Shown here: positions 18,755 through 28,716 of the stretch, piece by piece
How the letters are laid out: every line of letters starts with the position of its first letter
How positions within the stretch are numbered: position 1 is the first letter of the stretch
DNA from: Nitrospirota bacterium
Lineage (GTDB): Bacteria; Nitrospirota; UBA9217
Direction: 5' to 3'
Length of the DNA: 64,000 nt
NCBI GenBank assembly: GCA_035623825.1
Contig: DASPSR010000045.1
Coordinates: 1 to 64,000, forward strand
The notes under the pieces: generated by a model
The model's database searches: none
Told to the model about the DNA's origin: nothing
What the model saw: the letters and a program-made list of their open reading frames with translations, nothing else
Made by a program: the position numbers and the translations under genes

Positions 18755-20863
18755 ATGAGACAAAAGAAATACCGATATTTTCTCGCTGCAATTGTCTCTC
18801 TTGCGACCTTTTCTCTCTATATCGGCGCTCTCCGGAACGACTTCTTGCTGTGGGACGATCAGAGCTACGTATCGAGCAACTATCATATACGGGCGCTGGA
18901 TTGGTCGCTCGTTCGGTGGGCTGCCACGACCTTTTACTCAAGTAATTGGCATCCCCTGACATGGATCTCGCATGCTCTCGACTACGCTGTCTGGGGGCTG
19001 AATCCCATGGGCCACCATCTGACCAATGTTCTCCTCCACGCAGCAAATTCCTTTCTGGTCGTGATCCTGTATTTGAAGCTCCGTGACCTGTGGCTTGAAA
19101 GATCGATGCAAGCGGCGGATAGAGATGCCCGGGAGTGGCGTCTGGGCCTGATGGCTGCGGGCGTTGCCGGTCTGCTGTTCGGACTGCATCCCGTGCATGT
19201 GGAGTCAGTAGCATGGGTATCGGAGCGCAAGGACCTTCTGTGCGGACTGTTCTTCTTGCTGACCCTTTTAGCGTACGCAAACTATGTAAATTCCCCGTCT
19301 GCGGTTTCCAGTCGCATGCGGCCGCGGTCTTTCCGGAACGTTTTCCTGGAGAGGAGTTATCTGCTGTCCATCGCATGTTGTGCGCTTGCGCTCATGAGCA
19401 AACCAATGGCCGTGAGCCTTCCTGTGGTGTTGCTGATCCTTGACTGGTTCCCTTTCAAGAGGATCGATTCTCCGGCGTCATTTCGGTCTGTGCTGCTTGA
19501 AAAAATGCCGTTCATCGTCCTTGGCGCCATTGTTTCCCTTCTGACGATGATGGCGCAGAGGTCTGGCGGCGCCATGGAGCTTACTGACATCGTCCCGCTC
19601 TGGGCACGCGTCCTGGTGGCGGTAAAAGCTATCATTGCCTATCTCGGCCACATGGCATTGCCTGTGGGCCTAAGCCCGCACTATCCCTATCCGAAGCCCC
19701 ATGAGATCGCTCATCTTGCGTTCGGTGACCTCGCGGGATATCTCCTGGTAATCGCTCTTATCGCGGTTTTCTCTGGTATGATGAAAGATCGATCGTTGCT
19801 TCTGGCAGTCCTGTTGTATTATGGAGCAACGCTCCTTCCCGTGTTGGGCATCGTTCAGGTGGGCTCACAGGCCATGGCAGACAGGTACACCTATCTGCCC
19901 AGCCTTGGTCCGTTCTTCCTTGTCGGGACAGCTTCAGCTTGGGCCTGGGACCGACCGTCCCGTGAGCAACAACGGGGCCGCATGGCCAGATATGGCCTTG
20001 CTGCTGCCCTGGTCGTGGTGATGGTGACCCTGTCCATGGCAACAGTTCGGCAGGTATCCGTCTGGAGGAACAATATAGAGCTCTGGAGCTCAGTTATCGA
20101 ACATGGCACTGTTGACGTCCCCTTTGCCTATGTGAACCGCGGTTCTGCCTATGCAAAACAGGGCAGGCATGACCTGGCGATGAAGGATTATGACAGGGCG
20201 ATAGCACTTTATCCTTCGGATGCTGAAGCGTACAATAGTCGCGGCATGTTGTACGAAAAGCTGGGTCAGCTGGACCGTGCGCGCGAAGATTATGACAAAG
20301 CCATCGCTCATGACCCTTCGAACGCTTCCGCATACAGTAATCGCGGTATCATTTACGGCGAAATGGGCCGTTACGATCTGGCGCTCGACGACCTCACGAT
20401 GGCGATATCGCTGCGGCCGGGCCATGCAGATGATCACATACGGCGCGGCAGGGCATTGAGGGAGCTCGGACAATATGCCCGTGCTCTCGATGATTATACT
20501 TACGCCATTACCCTTGATCCTGCGAAAGCCGAGGCGTTCAACGGGAGGAGCATTGTGTATAAGTACACGGGACAGTACGATCTGGCTCTAGCCGATTGTG
20601 ACAAGGCCATCGAATTGAACCCATCGCTCTATTTGGCCTACTGCAATCGGGCTGTTGTCCTCGAAAAAATGGGCCGCGCGGAGCTGGCAATCAAAGATTA
20701 TTCTCGGGCCCTGGCACTGAGGCCTGATGTCGCACAGATCTACTTTGAGCGGGCTCAACTATACTTGAGAACCGGCGAGCGGAACCTTGCATCGAACGAT
20801 TTCCGAAAGGCATGCACGTTGGGCGGCACGGCAGGATGCGATATGTTGCGAAAGCTTCGGTAA
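18755..20863 (+). CDS. Multi-TM TPR protein, TMTC-like (putative GT-C glycosyltransferase)
   Basis: WDD, WHPLTW, HPVHVESVAWVSERKD, ADRYTY motifs and a long C-terminal TPR array. Confidence 0.8.
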   Translation: MRQKKYRYFLAAIVSLATFSLYIGALRNDFLLWDDQSYVSSNYHIRALDWSLVRWAATTFYSSNWHPLTWISHALDYAVWGLNPMGHHLTNVLLHAANSFLVVILYLKLRDLWLERSMQAADRDAREWRLGLMAAGVAGLLFGLHPVHVESVAWVSERKDLLCGLFFLLTLLAYANYVNSPSAVSSRMRPRSFRNVFLERSYLLSIACCALALMSKPMAVSLPVVLLILDWFPFKRIDSPASFRSVLLEKMPFIVLGAIVSLLTMMAQRSGGAMELTDIVPLWARVLVAVKAIIAYLGHMALPVGLSPHYPYPKPHEIAHLAFGDLAGYLLVIALIAVFSGMMKDRSLLLAVLLYYGATLLPVLGIVQVGSQAMADRYTYLPSLGPFFLVGTASAWAWDRPSREQQRGRMARYGLAAALVVVMVTLSMATVRQVSVWRNNIELWSSVIEHGTVDVPFAYVNRGSAYAKQGRHDLAMKDYDRAIALYPSDAEAYNSRGMLYEKLGQLDRAREDYDKAIAHDPSNASAYSNRGIIYGEMGRYDLALDDLTMAISLRPGHADDHIRRGRALRELGQYARALDDYTYAITLDPAKAEAFNGRSIVYKYTGQYDLALADCDKAIELNPSLYLAYCNRAVVLEKMGRAELAIKDYSRALALRPDVAQIYFERAQLYLRTGERNLASNDFRKACTLGGTAGCDMLRKLR

Positions 20864-20926
20864 GGCGCGTTGACGTATAATCGGAGTATTCACAAATACC
20901 AGGTGTACGCGAAAGGTTGAGAACCT

Positions 20927-21922
20927 ATGGATAAGATACTCCTTGGACATGGCAGCGGCGGCAAGCTCATGCACGAGCTGATACGCGAATATTTCAGCCC
21001 CGCTTTCGGCATAGAGGGAGCGGGCGATTCCGCGATCGTGAGCATCCCGTCAAGAAGGCTTGCCTATACCACGGATTCGTACGTGGTCACGCCCCTCTTC
21101 TTTCCTGGAGGCAACATCGGCGAGCTTGCCGTGAACGGAACCGTGAACGATCTGGCCGTCTCCGGCGCAGAACCGCTCTTCCTGACGGCAGCGTTCGTCA
21201 TTGAAGAAGGATTCCCCCTGAAAGACCTCAAATCCATCATCGCTTCCATGTCGGCGTCGGCCCGGGAGGCTGGGGTCAAGATCGTGGCCGGAGACACCAA
21301 AGTGGTGAACAAAGGCAAGGCTGACGGCATCTTCATCAATACATCCGGCATTGGCCTGCTGCACGATGGAAGGGAAATCGCCGCTTCACGGATCAAAATA
21401 GGGGACAAGATCGTGATCAGCGGAGAGATCGGGAGCCACGGGGTCGCGGTCCTTTCGGAGCGCAACGGCCTCACGTTCGAACCGCCCGTCAAAAGCGATA
21501 CCCGGCCGCTGAACGGCCTTGTTCGCGCCATGTACGACGTTTCTAATGAGATCCATTTCATGAGGGACCCGACGAGGGGCGGACTTGCAACAACGCTGAA
21601 AGAAGCGGCATTGGAATCAAAGCTGTGCATGCGCATCCATGAAACTGCGCTCCCCATTCCGCCGGGAGTGAAGGGAGCATGCGGCCTCCTCGGCCTTGAC
21701 CCCCTGTATGTGGCAAACGAAGGGATCCTGATCGCCGTGGTCGATGCATCTGTAGCCGACGCGGTCGCGAGCGCCATGAGACGTCATCTGCACGGCCGGC
21801 AGGCGCAGGTCATCGGCGAGGTGGAGGCGTCTCCGGCCGGCGTGGTCTTGCTGGAAACATCCATCGGCGGCAACCGGATCATGGACATGCTTCCGGGAGA
21901 GCAGCTACCGAGAATATGCTGA
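20927..21922 (+). CDS. hypE: Carbamoyl dehydratase
   Basis: HGSGG, TTDSYVV, GDTKVV, RDPTRGG, C-terminal PRIC. Confidence 0.97.
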   Translation: MDKILLGHGSGGKLMHELIREYFSPAFGIEGAGDSAIVSIPSRRLAYTTDSYVVTPLFFPGGNIGELAVNGTVNDLAVSGAEPLFLTAAFVIEEGFPLKDLKSIIASMSASAREAGVKIVAGDTKVVNKGKADGIFINTSGIGLLHDGREIAASRIKIGDKIVISGEIGSHGVAVLSERNGLTFEPPVKSDTRPLNGLVRAMYDVSNEIHFMRDPTRGGLATTLKEAALESKLCMRIHETALPIPPGVKGACGLLGLDPLYVANEGILIAVVDASVADAVASAMRRHLHGRQAQVIGEVEASPAGVVLLETSIGGNRIMDMLPGEQLPRIC

Positions 21923-22114
21923 GCAGGAGGATTACCGATGTTTGCGGTCATCTTCCTGTGTTTTCTTATACGATGAGACTTCCGGTCTCAAACAGGCCCA
22001 TCTGACCCGCCAAACTCCCTGATGCACTTCTGATAGCCCTTTACTTGACCAACGAAATATAGTATCAATGAGCTATTTATTTGAAAATTCGGGCGATGCG
22101 CCCTTACAGTCTCT

Positions 22115-23428
22115 ATGGAAAAGAATATAAGACAACAGGTTTTTTCCCTTGCTCTGCCCGTCGTGCTTTCGAGCCTGCTTCAAAGAGCTGTCGGCATCGT
22201 GGATATTTTCCTGGTCGGCGGTCTGGGAGCATCCTCCATAGCCGCTGTCGGTATCGCGCAGGTCATGGTTTTTGTGGTGATGAGCGTCTCCTGGGGCATC
22301 AATGTCGGCGTTACTGTTCTGGTGGCGCAGTTATGGGGTGCCGAGCGCAAACAGGACGCCGCACGGGCGGCCTACCAGGCTATGCTGATCGCTGTCGCGG
22401 CTGCCGGCGTTATTACGCTTTTCGGGCTGACCTTCGGTGGCAGGGTCGCAGCGATGCTAGGAGCGAATACGGTAGTCGAGGGGATCCTCTCCGAGTATAC
22501 GAAGATCATCTTTACCTTTATCCTCTTTACCATTTCCATCAATGTTCTCGCGGGGATCATGCACGGCACCGGCGATACGAAAACGCCGCTCTACGCGATC
22601 ATGATCGTGAATGTCCTGCACGTGATCGTGGCTTATCCGCTGATCTATGGCTACCTGGGTTTGCCGAAGCTCGGCGTCAAAGGCGCGGCAATCGCCATCG
22701 CGATCTCTGAAAGCACGGGCGCGGCGTTCTTGCTCTTCCGCTCCGTGCGCAAACGGTATATAATCGTAACGAAGGCCCTTGAGATCAAATATACGGTTAC
22801 GATGTTCAAACTGGGGTATCCGATATTCATCGACCGGCTCCTCCAGAACACGGGCTCGCTGTTCTTCGCAAAGATAATCCTCCTGTACGGCACTGCCGTG
22901 TATGCCGCCCATCAGGTGGGGCTGGCGATCGAGGCATTTTCGTTCATGCCCGGTTACGGCATTGCCGTGGCCGCCACGATGGTCGGTCAGAACCTGGGCG
23001 CCGGCAGACATATGGAAGCGCGGCTGTCAGCATACGAGGCGAACCGGCTCGCCGTCATCCTTATGGCCATGATGGGCTTGGTTTTCTTTTTCTTCCCCTA
23101 CGGCCTTCTCCGGGCGTTTACCGGCGATCCCGAGGTGATCCGCTACGGCATCCTATACATGAAGATCGTGGCCTTCGCGCAGATCCCCTTGGCCATCACA
23201 ATGGTTGTGGGCGGTTCGCTCCGCGGAGCAGGGGATACGGGATTCATCATGTTCGCCACGATCGCCGGCATGTGGTTCATACGCTTGCCGGTCGCCGCTT
23301 TTCTTGCGGCAGTGGTGAAAACCGAGATACGATACGTATGGTCAGTGATGATCGCGGACTGGCTTGTGCGGATGAGCCTGTTGCTCTGGAGATACCGCAA
23401 GGAGAGCTGGGGGAGACTGGAAATATGA
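22115..23428 (+). CDS. MATE family efflux transporter
   Basis: About 12 TM, LALP, GDTKTP, GVKGAAIA, GQNLGA. Confidence 0.92.
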   Translation: MEKNIRQQVFSLALPVVLSSLLQRAVGIVDIFLVGGLGASSIAAVGIAQVMVFVVMSVSWGINVGVTVLVAQLWGAERKQDAARAAYQAMLIAVAAAGVITLFGLTFGGRVAAMLGANTVVEGILSEYTKIIFTFILFTISINVLAGIMHGTGDTKTPLYAIMIVNVLHVIVAYPLIYGYLGLPKLGVKGAAIAIAISESTGAAFLLFRSVRKRYIIVTKALEIKYTVTMFKLGYPIFIDRLLQNTGSLFFAKIILLYGTAVYAAHQVGLAIEAFSFMPGYGIAVAATMVGQNLGAGRHMEARLSAYEANRLAVILMAMMGLVFFFFPYGLLRAFTGDPEVIRYGILYMKIVAFAQIPLAITMVVGGSLRGAGDTGFIMFATIAGMWFIRLPVAAFLAAVVKTEIRYVWSVMIADWLVRMSLLLWRYRKESWGRLEI

Positions 23429-23477
23429 AGGGCAGGGTAAGACCGCAAGAAATGAGAGAACAGAAGAAGGAGGAGGT

Positions 23478-23654
23478 ATGCTTGACATTCAGTCTATGAT
23501 CGGCAAGGAAGTCGAGATCATCGCGAACGGGGTAAGCTATACCGGGGTACTGATCGAGGTGTCGGATGCCGAAGTGAATCTAAAGGGATCGATGCAATGG
23601 ATCGCACTCCCCGTATCGACCATAAGCGTGGTGAAACTGAAAGATAAGGCCTGA
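23478..23654 (+). CDS. Small Sm/LSm-like protein (58 aa; below ORF-track cutoff)
   Basis: Strong RBS AGGAGGAGGT; MLDIQSMIGKEVEIIANGVSYTGVLIEVSDAEVNLKGSMQWIALPVSTISVVKLKDKA. Confidence 0.7.
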   Translation: MLDIQSMIGKEVEIIANGVSYTGVLIEVSDAEVNLKGSMQWIALPVSTISVVKLKDKA

Positions 23655-23903
23655 CCGCTGTGCGGCCGAACCGTTAAAGAACCGCCGGAGAGAAACGGCC
23701 TAAAAGGCGTCACTCGCAACCGCTAAATTTACACAGAGGCGCTAATACTTTAATCTGATTGACATTTTTGGTGACCATGCTATTTTTAGACAGGGTGGTT
23801 TCTAAACTGTCTAAAATCAGTCGCATAGTTCCGGAAAATATTCATGAGCGGACATCTTCGCGGGCTTAAGGGGAAATAAGCAGGTCATAACGGAGGAAAC
23901 ATC

Positions 23904-24191
23904 ATGCGTGCGATCAGATCATTCACTATGGTTACCATGTCCTTCTTGGCGATCTGCCTCGTTGCCGTATTACCGGCGTGTGAAGTGCAGGGAGGGGAAG
24001 CGCTGTTTAAAGACAGATGCCAGCAGTGCCATACCCTGCCGAACCCTGAGATGCGTAGCGCTGCCGAGTGGCCTGCCCTTGTCGAAAAAATGGGCAGATT
24101 CATGCACATTGCTCATAAGAGAGAACTGACAGAACAGCAAAAGCAGGAGATAATCGACTACCTGCAGGCGCACGCTGGCGGAAAGAAGTAA
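23904..24191 (+). CDS. Small monoheme cytochrome c, probable lipoprotein
   Basis: Signal ending LPAC, CQQCH, W...VEKM, IIDYL. Confidence 0.8.
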   Translation: MRAIRSFTMVTMSFLAICLVAVLPACEVQGGEALFKDRCQQCHTLPNPEMRSAAEWPALVEKMGRFMHIAHKRELTEQQKQEIIDYLQAHAGGKK

Positions 24192-24237
24192 CAGTGCTCG
24201 TTGAGAGAGACGACTCCTTCCGAAAGAGGAGGCTATT

Positions 24238-24723
24238 ATGAAAAAAATCGGAATGGCAGGGAAGTCAGGGCTGCTTGCAGTAAGCGTTTTCGTGGCTGCT
24301 GTGATTTTCGTAGCGTGTCAAAGCGCCCCGCCGCAGATCAGCATTGAGGGAGCACAAGCCGAATTGTCTCCTGCAATCGTGGGAGAAGCCATGGTGACCA
24401 TGACTATCAAGAACCAGGGGGGCTCGGACGCGCTTACGGGAGTATCGACTGACATCCCGGGTGCGAAAGCTTCATTCCACATTATGCAGGGTGAGCACAT
24501 GGCCAGTGTCGCCAGGGTGAAAATACCGGCAAAAAGCAATGTGGAATTCAAGATGGGCGGCAGCCATATCATGATCATGGATATGCCCAAGACCGCAGTG
24601 GAAGGTTCCCAATTCAACGTGACGCTGACCTTTGAGAAATCCGGGGAAAAGCAGGTACCGCTTACGCTTCGGGGAGCATCCAGTATGCCCGGCATGCCCA
24701 TGGGCCATGAGCATCATATGTAA
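24238..24723 (+). CDS. Copper chaperone PCu(A)C family lipoprotein
   Basis: H(x)6M...GGSHIMIM motif, TLTFEKSG, Met/His-rich tail. Confidence 0.88.
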   Translation: MKKIGMAGKSGLLAVSVFVAAVIFVACQSAPPQISIEGAQAELSPAIVGEAMVTMTIKNQGGSDALTGVSTDIPGAKASFHIMQGEHMASVARVKIPAKSNVEFKMGGSHIMIMDMPKTAVEGSQFNVTLTFEKSGEKQVPLTLRGASSMPGMPMGHEHHM

Positions 24724-24823
24724 CAAACGGAGCCGCCTGCTTTTTTTCAGTCACAGGATTCCGGCATGGAAATTATCTTTACAGCAAGTGTCCATGTAAA
24801 TGCCGTCTGTAAAATGCGTTCTG

Positions 24824-26182
24824 TCACGCCGTCTCTATTCTGAGCTTCTTCAACTTTCTATACAGTGTGGCAAGGTCGACGCCGAGCTTGTTCGCAGTAG
24901 TCTCTTTGTTCCCCTTGTTTTCCGTCAGACTGCGGCGGATGTAATCCCTCTCAAAGGTATCCAGGGCCTGGCGGAGTGACGATGTAGAAACTCCCTCGAC
25001 ATCCAGGGTCCTGAACTTGTCCGGCAGGTCGTGGATGGTTATCACTTCTCCGTCGGCGAGCACGGTTGCCCGTTCTATCGTGTTCCGGAGTTCCCTGATG
25101 TTCCCCGGCCAGTCGTAGGCGAGAAGCGCTTGCGTGGCCTCGTAGTCGATATCCTTGATGCTCTTTCCGGCCTCTTTCGAGAAAATCTCCCTGTAATGCT
25201 TTATCAGAACGGGGATGTCGTCTCTCCGCTCCCGCAGCGCCGGCATCCGGATCTCGATGACATTGAGCCGATAGTAGAGGTCTTCCCGGAAACGGCCTTT
25301 CTTTACCCGCTGCATGAGATCGGCATTCGTGGCTGCGATGATCCTGACATCGACGGTGATGACACGGGTATCTCCAACGGGCGTCAGTTCCTTTGTCTGG
25401 ATCACATGGAGCAGCTTTACCTGGAGGGCGGAAGGGAGCTCGCCGATCTCGTCGAGGAAAAGCGTGCCGCCGTTCGCCATGGTGATGAGGCCCTTTTTGT
25501 CGTCGACGGCAGAGGTGAACGCGCCTTTCTTATGGCCGAAAAGCTCGCTCTCAAGCAGGTTTTCGGGGATTGCGCCGCAGTTGATGGCGATGAACGGCTT
25601 GTCCTTGCGCGCGCCGCCCTCGTGGATGGCCTGGGCCACGAGCCCTTTGCCCGTGCCGCTATCACCGGTGATCAGGATGTTGCTCTTGCTCGGAATGACC
25701 TTCTCCATCACACTGAAAACCTTCTGCATGGCTTCCGAACTGCCGATGATGTTGGTGAACGCCGCCGGCCGCTGGCTGAGTTCCTGCCGCAGGATCTGGT
25801 TTTCCATCTGGAGATCTCTGCTCTTCAAGATCCTTTTGATGGTAAGCCTGATCTCATCGTTGATGAACGGTTTGGTGATATAATCAGCGGCGCCCGCCCT
25901 CATGGCTTCAACGGCCGAGCCTACCGAAGCGAATGCCGTCATCATGATCACCGCCGTCTCCGGGCTTATCTTTTGCGCCTCCCTCAGGACCTCGAACCCG
26001 TCCATTTTTTCCATCTTGATATCGGTCATGATGATATCGAAGTTCTCCTTCCGGATGCGTTCGATCGCCTGTTCGCCGTTATAACACTCCTGGACATTGT
26101 AACCCTCTTTTGTCAAGAGGATCCTTAGTGCCATGCAGATGTCTTTTTCATCGTCCACGACCATTATGTTCGGTTTTTGCAT
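24824..26182 (-). CDS. Sigma54-dependent response regulator (NtrC family)
   Basis: Receiver, GDSGTGK, ESELFGHKKGAFT, FLDEIGE, WPGNIREL, Fis-type HTH. Confidence 0.95.
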   Translation of the reverse strand: MQKPNIMVVDDEKDICMALRILLTKEGYNVQECYNGEQAIERIRKENFDIIMTDIKMEKMDGFEVLREAQKISPETAVIMMTAFASVGSAVEAMRAGAADYITKPFINDEIRLTIKRILKSRDLQMENQILRQELSQRPAAFTNIIGSSEAMQKVFSVMEKVIPSKSNILITGDSGTGKGLVAQAIHEGGARKDKPFIAINCGAIPENLLESELFGHKKGAFTSAVDDKKGLITMANGGTLFLDEIGELPSALQVKLLHVIQTKELTPVGDTRVITVDVRIIAATNADLMQRVKKGRFREDLYYRLNVIEIRMPALRERRDDIPVLIKHYREIFSKEAGKSIKDIDYEATQALLAYDWPGNIRELRNTIERATVLADGEVITIHDLPDKFRTLDVEGVSTSSLRQALDTFERDYIRRSLTENKGNKETTANKLGVDLATLYRKLKKLRIETA

Positions 26183-26200
26183 GATGGCTGCTCCCTTGTC

Positions 26201-28438
26201 TCATCCGTTCTCTACGGGAAGTATGACGGTAAACACGGTCCCTTTCCCGGTTTCGCTCTCTACCTTGATATCGCCCTTGAACCGTCTGACTATGCTGTAG
26301 CTGACGGAAAGGCCGAGGCCCGTGCCTTTGCCTGCTTCTTTGGTCGTGTAAAAGGGGTCGAATATCTTCTCGATTTCGCGCTTGGCCATGCCGATGCCTG
26401 TATCGGCGAACTCGACCATGACCGAGTTGTGCCCCTGGTCGTCTGCTCCCCGGTGCGTGGAAACGCTCAGCTTGCCCCCGTCAGGCATCGCGTCGAACGC
26501 GTTCAGAATGATATTGATGAATACCTGCGATATCTGGCCTTCGTCAATCATGATCTTCGGCAAGGCGGGATCCAGGACGACGCCGATCTCGATGGAGCTT
26601 TTCATGCGCTTGTCAAAGCGCATCAGGTCCAGCGTCGAATTCACCACGTCATTGATCTGCACTGATTTTATGTTCAATGCGTCGGCTCTGGAAAAAGTTG
26701 ACATCCGCCTCACGATGTCGGTGATCCTCTGGATGTGGTTGTTGATGATGTCGAGGCTGTTCTGCGTGAACTCATCCGTCGCCATCTCCCGCAGGAGCTG
26801 GGCGAAGGTGGAGATGGAGGTGAGCGGATTGCCGATCTCGTGGGCAACTCCCGCAGCGAGCCTGCCGAGCGCCGCGAGCTTCTCGGAGTGAAGCACCTGC
26901 TGTTCGAGCTTCTTTGCAGTGGCCGTGCCCCTGTCGACCTTGTCCTCGAGCTCCACGGTATACTGTTTGAGCGCTTCTTCAAGCTCGACGCGCTTGGAGA
27001 CGTCGTTGCTCGCGATAAGGATGCCGGGCGTCTTCCCGTCGAGCAGGAGCGGGCTGATGTTCATGCTAAAATATACCGGTGAAACGAGAAGCCCCGTTAT
27101 CTTGTAGTCCCTGATCTCGAAGCTGCGGCCCGCAAGGGCCTTCTGGAATATGGCCTCAATGGGGATCTCCTCGTACGGGGGAAGCTTGTCCGGGAAGAGG
27201 GATAATAACGGCTTGCCGACGATGTCCTTTTTGGAACGGCCGAAGGTCCGCGCCTGGGCGGAGTTCACGGTCCTGACCACCATATCCTTGTCGACGACCA
27301 TGAGGTTCGTTTTTGTTTTCTCGATGATATTCTCCAGAAAGTCTTTTGAAATTTCGATCTCACGTTCGAGTCTGCGCCGGTTCTCGAGATGCAGGGCCTT
27401 TTCTTCCGCCTGGATCTTCTTTTTGTAGTTGATGACCGTGGCTCCCGAAGCCAGCAGGGTGGTAAAAAAGATGGAGACGATGAGAAGAGAGTAAAATCGG
27501 CGGCTTTTCTGCATGAGCGCTATCACATCCGAATAGGGCGCCGAGACCACGACGATCCATGACCTGTGCGCGATCGAGAACCGATAGAATCCTGCAAGCT
27601 TGTTCTCACCGCCCGGGGCCTCGTAGGAACCGAAGGTTTCTTGTGCGCCCTCGATCATCTTCTTTTCAGTGTCGAAGGACTTATGGCACTGGAAACACGA
27701 TTTCCCGGTCTGATAGAGGTTCTTCCCGACCATCTGGGGCTGGGTGGGGTGATAGAGCAGGGTCCCGTCGCTGTCCATCATCCAGGCATAGCCGCGCGTC
27801 CCTGATTTGACAGGTGCAATATATCTCTGGGTGATGCCTTCCAGGGAGAGCACGGCAAGAACGACGCCGCCGAATTCAGGGACGGGCACATTGGGCAGAT
27901 GATGGTAGATTGGGGTTGCGATGATGAACCGCTTGGACTCAGGCCGCGGGTCCGTTGACGGGAGCAGGTCGGTGATCAGCTTCTCGCTTCTGGGGAGAAC
28001 CCGGGCTCTTTGAAAATAATCTGTCGTGGACAGGTCCACTCCCTCCCGGCCGGGGGACGCGCTGTCGTAGATCACAATGCCGTGCTTGTTAAGGATGCGG
28101 ATGGAGACGAGCACCTCGTTCTGGATGTTGAAGTTCATTGCCTCCAATACGGTACGATTCTGGCTGCTCTGATTGATTCTTTGAATTTCGGGCATTCGGG
28201 AGATCACGAGGATATCCTTGTACGTGTTGTCGATGAAGCTCTCGATGTTCATCGCAACCTCGCGGGCGAGCAGCAACTGTTGCTTGTTGAACTGCTCGGC
28301 CATTTCCTCCTGAAGCGACTGGTGAAAGAACTGCCCGAGGATGATGATGAAAGAAAGCACGACGAGGAGGGACAGAATGAATATGGTGGGCGTAAACAGC
28401 CCCCTCTGCTTAAGGGAACGAGTAAGGCTTTGAAACAT
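26201..28438 (-). CDS. Sensor histidine kinase (periplasmic Cache-like domain with CxxCH, PAS, HisKA, HATPase)
   Basis: Two TM, CFQCH, AHEIGNPL H-box, DPFYTTK/GTGLGL; probable start ATG 28438. Confidence 0.9.
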   Translation of the reverse strand: MFQSLTRSLKQRGLFTPTIFILSLLVVLSFIIILGQFFHQSLQEEMAEQFNKQQLLLAREVAMNIESFIDNTYKDILVISRMPEIQRINQSSQNRTVLEAMNFNIQNEVLVSIRILNKHGIVIYDSASPGREGVDLSTTDYFQRARVLPRSEKLITDLLPSTDPRPESKRFIIATPIYHHLPNVPVPEFGGVVLAVLSLEGITQRYIAPVKSGTRGYAWMMDSDGTLLYHPTQPQMVGKNLYQTGKSCFQCHKSFDTEKKMIEGAQETFGSYEAPGGENKLAGFYRFSIAHRSWIVVVSAPYSDVIALMQKSRRFYSLLIVSIFFTTLLASGATVINYKKKIQAEEKALHLENRRRLEREIEISKDFLENIIEKTKTNLMVVDKDMVVRTVNSAQARTFGRSKKDIVGKPLLSLFPDKLPPYEEIPIEAIFQKALAGRSFEIRDYKITGLLVSPVYFSMNISPLLLDGKTPGILIASNDVSKRVELEEALKQYTVELEDKVDRGTATAKKLEQQVLHSEKLAALGRLAAGVAHEIGNPLTSISTFAQLLREMATDEFTQNSLDIINNHIQRITDIVRRMSTFSRADALNIKSVQINDVVNSTLDLMRFDKRMKSSIEIGVVLDPALPKIMIDEGQISQVFINIILNAFDAMPDGGKLSVSTHRGADDQGHNSVMVEFADTGIGMAKREIEKIFDPFYTTKEAGKGTGLGLSVSYSIVRRFKGDIKVESETGKGTVFTVILPVENG

Positions 28439-28716
28439 GAAGTAATTTACCGCTAAAACATGAACGATGTCAAGGAGGAAAACCGGGACGAAGGACGAAA
28501 GAACCTGTTCCGTCTGGTCTCCGTCGAAGGACAGAAGAGCATTAGGAGGGAATACGGCAGAGTCCTCCAGATGAACGGGAAGCGCATGGTCGCAAACAGG
28601 AAGTGACGCATTTCCCCCCATGGTGATCTACTGCTACAGGCACAGGTATTTGGCCAGGCTTTTAAGAACAGTTTGATCATAAGCAGGGAAGACGGAGGGG
28701 GATGTGGCTCTCTGGG

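Noticed and set aside
21908-21922. hypE ending PRIC-TGA as a possible Sec extension
   Set aside because: HypE requires the terminal PRIC cysteine as its last residue; a normal stop.
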